Source of the DNA: Magallana gigas
Lineage: Eukaryota
Assembly: GCF_963853765.1 (NCBI RefSeq)
Contig: NC_088858.1
Coordinates: forward strand, 22,258,001-22,322,000
Direction: 5' to 3'
Length of the DNA: 64,000 nt
Below the pieces are notes generated by a model, which worked only from the letters and a program-made list of their open reading frames with translations, did not search any database and was not told the origin of the DNA. This document shows, piece after piece, positions 24,324 to 33,909 of this stretch; the first letter of the stretch is position 1, and the number at the start of each line of letters is the position of its first letter. The translations under genes were made by a program, and so were the position numbers.

Positions 24324-27300
24324 TTATTTCACTCTGTATTTCATTAGAGACTGGATTTCTTCTTCTGCTGTCTTGTCCTGTATGAATGATAAACAGATGA
24401 ATTTTAGGAACAAATGTTAGCTTCAAAAAAACCCCAAACATCTTTAACATTCTATTATGCTTCTCTAGTAAACTCATTCCGTAGGTAATGTACCGGTAGT
24501 TAAAGCTTGTAGCTTGAAAAAATGTTTTCAATGCCACAATTCCTTGATCCAAGCTTTCTATATATGGGCATAAGTAACCTGGCATATCTTAATACATAGG
24601 AAGAGCATTTGGAATCAAGGACAGGCTAAGAAGTCTTATACAAACAATGGAATCTCAGTGCACAGTGTCAGTCTGTTTGTTTCAGAATTGTTTGAGTGTT
24701 GTTTTATAATTATTTCTTTTATATACTTTGAACCCATAAGGACCCCTTCCTGACCCCCTGGGGTCATGATTTGAACAAATTTAAACCATATACATATGTA
24801 TCATAAAGCCTATTTTGAAGTTTGGATATTATGGGCTACTTGATTCTTTAAATTTCCTCACCATATCTTCCCTCTTTCTTCACTTAATTGTCTTCCCTTT
24901 GAAGGGGAACTGGCCCTGGAGAAACATCCAAACCTATTTTCCCTCTTTCCTAATTATCTACACTTCGAAGAGGATCTGGCCCTTCATTTAAAAGAATTTG
25001 AATTCCCCCAAGGATGCTTTGTGCCAAGTTTGGCTGAAATTTGCCCAGAGGTTCTGGAGAAGATGAAAAGTTTGCAACGACCCCAATGCTGATGACAACA
25101 ACATCAACGACGACAGACAACGGACATATTTTGATCAGAAAAGCTCACTTGAGCAAAAGTCTCAGGTGAGCTAAAAACAACTTAATAGTCATGACAAGTT
25201 CCTTATATTAACTAATGTACATTCAAGGAGGGCGAAAATCAAACTCCAAACTTTAATTGATGATGAAGATTTTTCCACTGCATTTTTCAAATCATATTTG
25301 ACAGTATACTACATGTAGTCTGCATGTACTGGTACATGTACTTACATCCTGACTAACAACAGGAATCGCTGCTGCTTTATCCAACCATTCGGTCATCTCT
25401 TTATACTGCGACATTTGGTAATAGCACTGAAAAAATCAAATCAAAACATAATTTTCTATTGTGATCTCTATATATGATTAAATATAGAAATTTGAAACTT
25501 ACTGAAAAAGATGATAATTATCTTACTTTTGCCACATAAAGTAGATTTTCTTTCCATTTTCCTGGGTTTAGACGATCTGCCTGAAAAAAACCCCCATAGT
25601 ACACTGTACATGTACATGCATATCATATGCATAAGTCAAAGGGGGGTAACTTTAAAATTATGAGAGAAAGAGAGTGAGAGAGAGAAATGCTATTGATTGA
25701 TGAGTGGAGGAGCAGGGGAATAGATAGGAGAGAGCATAGAGGTGAGAGGGAAAAACTTTTATTATTGTTATCCATATTCAATACTCAGGTACATGTATCT
25801 CAATCTTTTTTTTAAACATATAATGAAGCCTTATATTTTTAAATGTCAATTTCTACTAAATCTAGTATATTAGTTGTACAGATAAATTAGCCCTATTTCA
25901 GTACCTCAAGGAAATGGGTGAGAGCCTCCTGAGCAGTAGAGGTTGGGGGCGTGGCAAAAAGAGTGGCAGCTGCCTTTCTTTCTATCCAGGAAAGCATGTA
26001 CACCTGTCAACAAAACAATAAGTAAGTTAGGTATTAGCTTCTCGAATAGAGGAGGAAATAACGTGGAATTGCTTCAATTCTTGGAAGAAAATTTTAACTG
26101 ATGGTCAATATCTCACAGGTTCATAAGCATGCATTTTGTATGATTAATGAAAAAGATCTTGCTTCTTGATTTTTTGATGAACTGCATTTGCCGATGATGA
26201 CATCAACATAAAATCAACAAAAACAGCCACAAGAAATTCTAATGATTTAACAGTAAGATTATATTTAGTTCTTTTGAGAAAGTTTCTAAACAAATGGTTT
26301 CATTTGTAGAATTGCAAATGCATAATGAAAATAAGGAAACATAGTTTTATATAATTGATGTTTGGGTAGTGCCACCCTCACTCAGCACCAGTACCACCCT
26401 GACTGTTGAACCTTACCCCATAGCACCACCTGCCCAGGAGATGGTGGTTGGATGGATCCTGAGGATTAAGTTGTATTGCACGTTCTATATGTTCCTAAAA
26501 AAGTCAAAATAGTACACATATATACATCTATTGCATCTTCCCAAGTCAAGGGTTTCTGATTCGCATCGCTTCTCTCGCTTGTGAGAAGTGATGCGGATCA
26601 GAACCATTGACTTGGGAAGATGCATCTATTGGAGAGGGTTATACTATGTAAACGGAATTCCAAATTAAATATTGCTATCAGTAGTATTTTGCTTTAATTC
26701 ATCATTTATGGTAGTGAAATGAACAAAACAATCACTTGGCATTGGATCTAACATACCGGTAATTAAAATTTTCAACTATGTGTCGTTTCAAATTTACCTT
26801 GAATACATATCCATTTTTTATCTTTTCTTGCGTAGATTCATAATCCCCTATACTTCCCAATGTAATGGCAAACCTATTTTTTAAAAACAAAATAAGGTCA
26901 GATAAGATTTTGGTAATGCATGTAAGGGATTCACAATTCTGAAATGTGCAAATACATTGTGATTTTTTTAAGTCTCAAAAATACTCTGCTCTTGACAAGA
27001 AGCCACTCTTGGAAATAAGCCTCTTATTTCTTGCAGCTGGCTATAACTTGAAAATAAGCCTCGGTCATACCAAATTTCTTACCAAATGTCAAAATCTCCA
27101 GCATGAGATCTAGTGATATTGCTCCTTATAAAAATCAATAACAAAAATGACTTGAGCTCCAAAGAAAACCAGAACATATGAACTTCTTTTGGTAACACAT
27201 ACAAACTACATTTTTTTTTTTTTTTTTGCAATTCAATATGAACTCTTTTCAATTGCACTCAATCTTTACATAAAATAGTATGTATCCCAAAGCCTGTTAT

Positions 27301-28822
27301 CCTGCTATGCTGTGAATAACAGTACATTTGTAATAAAAAAAAACCCTACCATTTGTGAGCATTGGCACATTTTTCATCCATGGCAACAGCTTTCTGAGAC
27401 AGGTCTTTGGAAGCATACACTAATTTTTTCTTCTTCTCCAGTTCTCCTCTGCTTCCCTCAATCTGTGAGAGCTGGTAGGTACTTTTGGCTAGTCGCCAAC
27501 AATATTCAACATCACCTTCAAACTGGAAAAGTAAACAAACACTTTAACACCAAGACTTAATTACTGGATTTGTATATGGCTAATGGTTTTGAATAAGTGT
27601 AAATGCTAGTTTACTGCACATTTGCATGTACATGCATTTAATATCTTTGATTAATAGCGACCCACATCAATCCCTGAATTCAACTTAGAATCAGGCAAAA
27701 TGTAGCTTTGTATATTCATTATCAATACACATGACATGTAATTATAGTATTAATAATAAATGCAGATAATAAACAATAATGAATATACAAAGGAATAGTC
27801 AATAAGTGTAAATAAAAGTTTATGAAATAGATTTCTTTAATTTACATTTTCATGATATTTTCTGATACCTTTCATTTACCTTGTCTCTATTGTTCTGCAG
27901 CATTTCATAAGCCTTTATTTTTTCCTCGTCAGTTCCATCGAAAAGTTTGTCAACACTTGAAAAGAAATTGACACTGTCGTTGTCATCTTTACTGTCGTTG
28001 TCATCTTTTGTTTCTTCTTGTTCATCCCTGCCAATTTTCGCATTCATCTGAGTATGGATTTCTGTTTGAAGGTCATGAAAGTTATGGAACTCATAGTCTG
28101 ACCTATAAAATAATGCAAGATGACATTAAAATATATCTTGCACTATCTGTGACTAAAAATGACGGATAAGTTAGGCAGACAATCAGATTGGTACAAGTAG
28201 GTAAATTTCCTTAAAAGATAAAGCTAAATCTATTTATATTCCTAACAGAGAAGTTTAATATCATACACGATATCATATGTAAAATATCAGACCATGAATT
28301 ATGAAATAAACTGCAAAGTACGCAATTTGAAAGGGCTGAACAATGTAGAACCAATGGCATTGAAAATACATTTACTATTGAAAGCATTTTGTGCTGTATT
28401 AAGAAATGACACGTTTCAGTCCATATCATATATCAAGTTAGATTAGGGGACATGAGGCTTTAAACCAAAAAGTCTTCAAATCAAGCACGTGTTGCAGGAA
28501 ATCCTGTAACGTGTTCTGAGGAATTTCGAACTAAATTTTGTTACCCTCCGTATGCATCTTCATAAGCCTCGTCATCCGTTTCCCCGCTACTGGAGGCAGT
28601 CCCAGAATAGAATGCCGGACTTCTCCTCCTACGAGTGGCAATTTTTTCTTTTAACTCCTCTACCTCTCTCCGCAGAGAAGAAATGGATTCTGATATCAAG
28701 CGCAGTTCAGTATCAACATTGGTTGTCAATCGAAAATAAATCACAGATCCGCCAACGCCGACTAATAAACCCATTCCCAAACCCCCCAGAAACAAGGAGT
28801 TGTGTCTGAGAAATGTCGACAT
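24324..28822 (-). CDS. RMDN: Regulator of microtubule dynamics protein (RMDN2/RMDN3-PTPIP51-like; N-terminal TM, coiled coil, TPR-like domain), 9 exons, 371 aa
   Basis: complement join(28545..28822,27880..28102,27350..27522,26798..26873,26417..26494,25905..26003,25527..25580,25346..25426,24324..24377) = 1116 nt, GT-AG and in phase. Family motifs: [83 protein letters not shown]. It ends [17 protein letters not shown]. The vertebrate paralogue cannot be assigned. Confidence 0.93.
24729..25174 (+). mobile_element. 5'-truncated HINE-like element in RMDN intron 8
   Basis: Degenerate satellite monomer, the same aaggatgctttgtgccaagtttgg block as 22037, a GAC/AAC microsatellite remnant and the 3' hairpin gctcacttgagcaaaagtctcaggtgagc-taaaaa. 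Confidence 0.75.
26533..26623. repeat. ~91-bp near-perfect hairpin flanked by 7-bp direct repeats, in RMDN intron 4
   Basis: Arms gcatcttcccaagtcaa..ttctgattcgcatcgcttctc and gagaagtgatgcggatcagaa..ttgacttgggaagatgc. atctatt occurs at 26526-26532 and 26624-26630. Confidence 0.8.
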
Positions 28823-28993
28823 CTTTAACGAAAGAAGATTGCGGAGATAACTACGACATAAGAGGAGGAGTGATGCTTCGAGATAGATGTAAACACAGTC
28901 ACCGGATGTGAACTCTGATGTGTTAAAGGGACATAACTCGCGATGTTTATTGTGAATCTCAAGACGGGCTAGACAGTGAGGACAACATCAATT
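28823..28993. promoter_or_regulatory. Putative bidirectional promoter between RMDN (-) and GCHFR (+)
   Basis: Only 171 bp separate two divergent ATGs. The interval is CpG-containing and has an ETS-type ACCGGATGT at 28901-28909. Confidence 0.7.
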
Positions 28994-31833
28994 ATGCCGT
29001 ATGTAATGATCAGTACACAGATCAGACTGGTAAACAGAAAGCCTTATTGGTTTTTTAACAAATGTCTTTATCCTGATGAATGTGTTTTTTGCTTTAATAT
29101 AGTTTTTTACTATAAATTACATTTTTCATACATGTGTATGCATTTCCAATAATTTCAGTGTAACTCATTTTTTTACAGTTACATAAAGATATCTTCATTC
29201 CTTTACTAAGCCTATAGATTTTATTGTACATATATATAGAGGATGAACATTTTAATACAATAATGGGGAACGCCTTTGGAGTACACAAAATAATATTATC
29301 AAGCAAGGAGCTTTCAACTCCAGGCTGGGATTCAAACCTGGGCCCCTTGATTCTCTACCCAGGTGCTCTACCAACTGAGCTATCTAGCGCTGGTAATCGA
29401 ACCAGTCTGACTGTCACATTCCTCCCACCTAAAATGATCTTCGTTTCCGAGATCAACCCATGCTCTTCCCTTGGCAGGAGTTCACCTGTCAGTTCCAAGG
29501 GATGGTCACGGTACCAAATGTAACAGGATGGGAGAAATAATGAAGGACTAGACAGGGATTTGAACCTGGGTCCCCTGAATCTCTGTCAGGTGCTCTACTA
29601 ACTGAGCTATCTTGCACCGGCATTCGAACCTATATCTGATCATCACACGACTAAAAGAAAAATTCATTGTAAACCGTTTATTGTACCGGTATGTATGTGA
29701 TGGTTAGACCAGTTCTAATACAGACTCCAGATATCTCAGATGGTAGAGCCTGACTAGTAGGCCCAGGTTTGTATACCAGTCTGGTCTGTCATTATTTCTC
29801 CCTTCTCGTTACAGTTCATCTGGTGCAGTGCCAACCCCTGGAACTGACAGGTTAAGTCCTACCAGAGAGGAGCCTGGGTTGATTTTCAAGTGAGAATCAT
29901 TTAAGGGAGTAGGAATATGACAGTCAGACTGGTTTGAATACCAGTGCCAGATAGCTCAGTTGGTAGAGCTCCTGGCTTGAGATTCAGGGGTCCAAAATTG
30001 GAATCCAGGTCTGGTCCATCATTATTTCTCCCATCCTGTTACATGTGTTTATTAGCATCAACTCAGAAATGAAACATTATTTACTCAGTGTGCAAAAAAC
30101 TGATAGACTTATAAGTTTTGTATGTATATAACCTTGGGTGTTTAAGTCAGACTCTGAATATATGAAATCTTTAACCCTTTGCATTCAGAGTAGCTGGTCC
30201 GCTTAATTAAATTAAACTAGAGTAAATAAGCTGATATAATTAAGAAGTTGTTAATGGCTTATTATCAGCTGAAGCAAATAGATTGCCACTGTGCATTTAG
30301 ATTCCATTGTTTGTATGTATAAGACTAGATAGCCTGTTTTTTTTACTCCAAATGCTGCTGCTATCTGATCAGAGTTATGACCAATGTTAATCAAGTGAGC
30401 AATGTGGCCCCTTGGCCTCTTGTTTAATTACCTTAAATATGCAGATTTTTATTACCGTTACATTGATATAGTGTATGTAGGAAAGGTACAATTAATGAAG
30501 ATTTTATTAATTAATCTGTATAAATGTGCTGTAGGAGACAGGACCAACAGTGTGTGGAGATGAATGGAGTGACCCAGAGTTGATGGAATATCTGGGTGCC
30601 AGACTGACCAAAACTCTGGGAAACAACTTGTGAGTAACTGGTCAGTCTTTTATAAGCCATCCAAGTAAGAAATAAGCAACTCTCTATTTTCTTATGCAAT
30701 AATGATAAGTCATCCAAGTCTGGTAACTTATGTTTTCTTTCCTATATCTATTTGTAAGATATTGGGGTCAGCATCTATGAAATTCAAGAAAAGACTTATA
30801 ATGCTTTCAAGAAATAATATTCTTAATTAAATTGGCACGCGCACCATCAAACACGAAAAAAGAAACAGTTAAGTTTCTGCAGTTACAGTAAAACATACAG
30901 CAAAGTGGCAGAATGATCAATTTTAATTCAATATATTAAGCATTTATAGTAATTCATTAAAAGCATTAGCAGTACCGGTAATTCATTTTAAGCATTTGTA
31001 ATGAGCATTAAGGTGTCATAACAGTATTTCACTGAAGGTTCACGTCAAAACATGGCTGAGCCAAAATAATTCCCGAATTTTCCTTTGAATTCGGGGCGGT
31101 TCCGCACGCGACAGGAATTGATTTTTTTTATGAGATGAAAAACAATGTGTAAGAGGTCTAACTATCCCATTTTTGTAATAATGCGAGGTCATTTGAATTT
31201 TTGATGCGTGTTGTTTCCAGAGGGGGGTGAAAAGGCCCGGGCTTGATTTTCAAGCACGTGTGTAACTTCGAGGTAAACAAAGTCTCATGCCTTGCTGGAT
31301 GCACGTGTGTATTTTGCTAGAAAATTGTAAATGAAGCGTTGTTTAAAATGATGTCAAGCGGATTTTTTCCAGAAGTTCGTTTTGAATTTTTAATCTGTAT
31401 CTAAAGTTGTGCAATTTTGGTAAGAATATATAGTAAAATTTAATACTGTAGTGACACCTGCATTAAGCACTAAGGAGAATTAAATTGACAGCATGATAAG
31501 TGTGAATTCACGTACTGTAAAAGAAATTGCTGTAACCAAGTTTTACTATATGTTTTTAGATAAGGATTGTCAGAGAACACTTTGTATTTACTACTTAATG
31601 TTTACATCATTAGTCATAGAAACTGAATTTTAGTACATGTACTTCAATATTGAAATTGATTTTATGTTACTGGTTTTTTATTTATTTTTATTTATAGTCA
31701 AGAATATATTTCTCAAGACACAGTGCGAATTATTCTGAACAAGCTAGAGAAGAGAGGATACAAGCTTAAAGCTATGACTGGCTTAGGACAGACTTGTATT
31801 TGGACACTACATAAGGAACTCGATGATGAATGA
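28994..31833 (+). CDS. GCHFR: GTP cyclohydrolase I feedback regulatory protein, 3 exons, 88 aa (not in the ORF track)
   Basis: join(28994..29029,30535..30629,31698..31833) = 267 nt, GT-AG and in phase. Translation: MPYVMISTQIRL ETGPTVCGDEWSDPELMEYLGARLTKTLGNNF QEYISQDTVRIILNKLEKRGYKLKAMTGLGQTCIWTLHKELDDE*. It is collinear with recalled human GFRP (MPYLLISTQIRMEVGPTMVGDEQSDPELM...MTGVGQTLVWCLHKE). AATAAA at 31982. Confidence 0.95.
29321..29647 (-). mobile_element. Miniature LTR retroelement with tRNA-like LTRs (Helenus/TRIMp3-like), copy A; 3' LTR truncated
   Basis: On the - strand: 5' LTR 29647-29519 (TGTGA...GTTACA), TT, PBS TGGTACCGTGACC (29516-29504), PPT AGGTGGGAGGAA (29430-29419), and a 3' LTR from 29418 (TGTGAC). 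The LTRs contain A-box TAGCTCAGTT(A/G)GTAGAGC and B-box GGTTCAAATCC/GGTTTGAATCC. Confidence 0.8.
29696..30043 (+). mobile_element. Miniature LTR retroelement with tRNA-like LTRs (Helenus/TRIMp3-like), copy B
   Basis: 5' LTR 29696-29813 (TGTGA..GTTACA), degenerate PBS tggtgcagtgcc (29821-29832), PPT aagggagtaggaa (29903-29915), and 3' LTR 29916-30043 with A-box tagctcagttggtagagc. Flanks tgta/tgtg could be a 4-bp TSD with one mismatch. Confidence 0.8.
30391..30424 (-). mobile_element. Isolated 5'-end fragment of a HINE-like element
   Basis: The reverse complement aacaagaggccaaggggccacattgctcacttga matches the 5' end at 20070. Confidence 0.6.
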
Positions 31834-33588
31834 AAGAATGTGATTTTGTTAACAGATGAAAGCTATAAGAGGGGCCAAAACTAGTTGAAATGGAGATTTA
31901 TCATAACTCAAAAAGAAAAAAAAAACATTGTTATATACTTGTATATTATACTTAATATATTTATGTGATGATCATTTTCATAATAAAAGATAAAAATAAC
32001 AGAACTGTCCAAATGAAGAATACCTAAGTTCATGTACATGTACAGTCAAGCTTTTATCTCATGGGGTCTAATAGAGGCTGATGATATGTGGGTACATGCA
32101 TGGAACCTTGAAATTGAGAGAACAATAAAAATTCTTTGGAAGGAAAGTGGGACTGTTTATTGAAAATATAGAATAGAAAATGCAAAGTAAAAGCTAATGG
32201 TAGTTACCGGGTGCATTTTTTTGTGTACAACATAGTCCTTGGGAAGCTGCAGAGGAAAAGTATGGCAAGTTAACTTAACTTTCAGAAGAGTTATTTCCCT
32301 TTGCCTAACTATTGGGCTTTTCAGAATCTACATTACCATCAGAATGTTTGCAAAATAGCATGTTTTCATAATAAATTGTAAATATTTATTTAAGAAATAA
32401 GGAATTGTCCTTTGAGTATAATGAGGAGATAAAATATGGTTGGGTGATCAAATCTAATAATAAAAGCCCAAAGGGCTTCATGATAGATTTGATCAATACA
32501 ATGTCATATTTCTATAATTTTCAGCAATTCTATGATAAAATATTAGAAAAGTCATGGACAAAACATTTCAAAATTGATTTGTATAAAGCTGTTATTACAG
32601 ACAAGGTATTATTTACTTTTTCAGTGTCTTTGTCTGAAAAAATTAATACCCCGGTATTAAATATCTTAAAAGTGAAGATGGTAGGGTATAGAGGATTTTC
32701 CCTCATAGTAGGTAATGTATGACCCTTAAACATTACCGGTAATTCTTTAAAAAAATCTGTCATGATCTCTATGGATCAAATAAGGATGAAATGAAGTCAC
32801 AAATGATCCTGATGCACTTCACTGTTTGCAACTAATGTAAACAGGGTTATTTCCCCCCATGCTTTTTATCACCCTTCTATATACTTACAAACGGTTTTGC
32901 AGGCACATAGCATCATTTTTGAAAGTGGGGGGGGGGGGGGGGGGGAGGGCAGACTTGTCCAAAAAATCTTGTTAAGCATTAAAAAAAAAGGAAATCTGTG
33001 GGGGGTGGGGGGCAGTAGGTATACTTTTAACTGTTTGTAGGTATACTTTTTCACTTCAATTTCACTGTTTATTTCCTTATTTTCAATTCAATTTTTTGTA
33101 TGTAAATTTAAGAATCTTAGCTGCTCACTCTCTGAATAGACACAAAGCCTGTAGTTTGTGACAATGATGATGTTGTATGCAGATGCATATAGTACATTAA
33201 TCATGCACTCTATCAAAACACTGTTACTTCGATTTTCTTGAACTAAGGACATCTTGCAACCACCCTTGTTTTATAGTACTTGGCATGCTTCCTCTTCCTG
33301 ATTATATTCAAAATTATTTCATTCTACACTTGAAAGCTATGCTAAAACAAAGTTAAGTGAAAGATCAAGGATCCTTGAAATAGCAAAAGGGTACTATAAA
33401 AAGTAAAACATGGTTACAGCAAATATGCTTTTAACAGATTCCACACTAACAGCCAAGTCAGTTTCATTCCAACATTCTGATCGTAAATTACTGGTATGTT
33501 ATAAACTTATTGGGTATAAGGAAAAATATGAATTATGTTTAGATCAAATATATAAAAAGTTAAGTCTCCATTTGCCACTTTGCTTTAA

Positions 33589-33909
33589 AAGTACCTCACT
33601 ACACCCAGACTTATACTTTTTAAGACACTACGTTACAAGATGGCGATTTAAATATTTCGTTAAACTGTTTATATCGTCGTATCTCAGTGGTTAAAGTATT
33701 GGGCTTCTGAACCGCAGTTCATGAGTTCAAATCCTCCTGGAGTTTTTGTTCATGTTTACTGAATTAAATATTTGAAAATGTAATTTTTCATCCAAAATTG
33801 CATTTTTTTGCCTGTTTGACTTAAATACTTCTTTTCCATTATGATATCTATCATAATCATGTAATTTTCTGCTGATTTGAGAAACTATTTCAAGGTGTAG
33901 TGAACCATC
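33589..33909 (+). mobile_element. Degenerate TTAA-type (Kolobok-like) MITE containing a tRNA-like A/B-box module
   Basis: TIR core tcactacacc / ggtgtagtga, with ttaa on the left and ttat on the right. A-box-like tatctcagtggttaaag at 33680-33696 and B-box gagttcaaatcc at 33723-33734. Confidence 0.6.

Noticed and set aside
27973-28008. 18-bp tandem duplication (KDDNDS x2) in RMDN exon 2
   Set aside because: It is real but a minor in-frame indel in a variable acidic linker, so it is not treated as a separate finding.
29321-30043. Functional tRNA genes
   Set aside because: The cloverleaf-like segments are embedded in LTRs with PBS and PPT, differ between copies in the anticodon loop and have no clear oligo-T terminator.
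32405-32763. Overlapping 105-aa (+) and 77-aa (-) ORFs between GCHFR and EHD
   Set aside because: The plus ORF has a non-ATG start, I recognise no domain in either, and no phase-compatible splice sites link them to a gene. A tBLASTn could revisit this.
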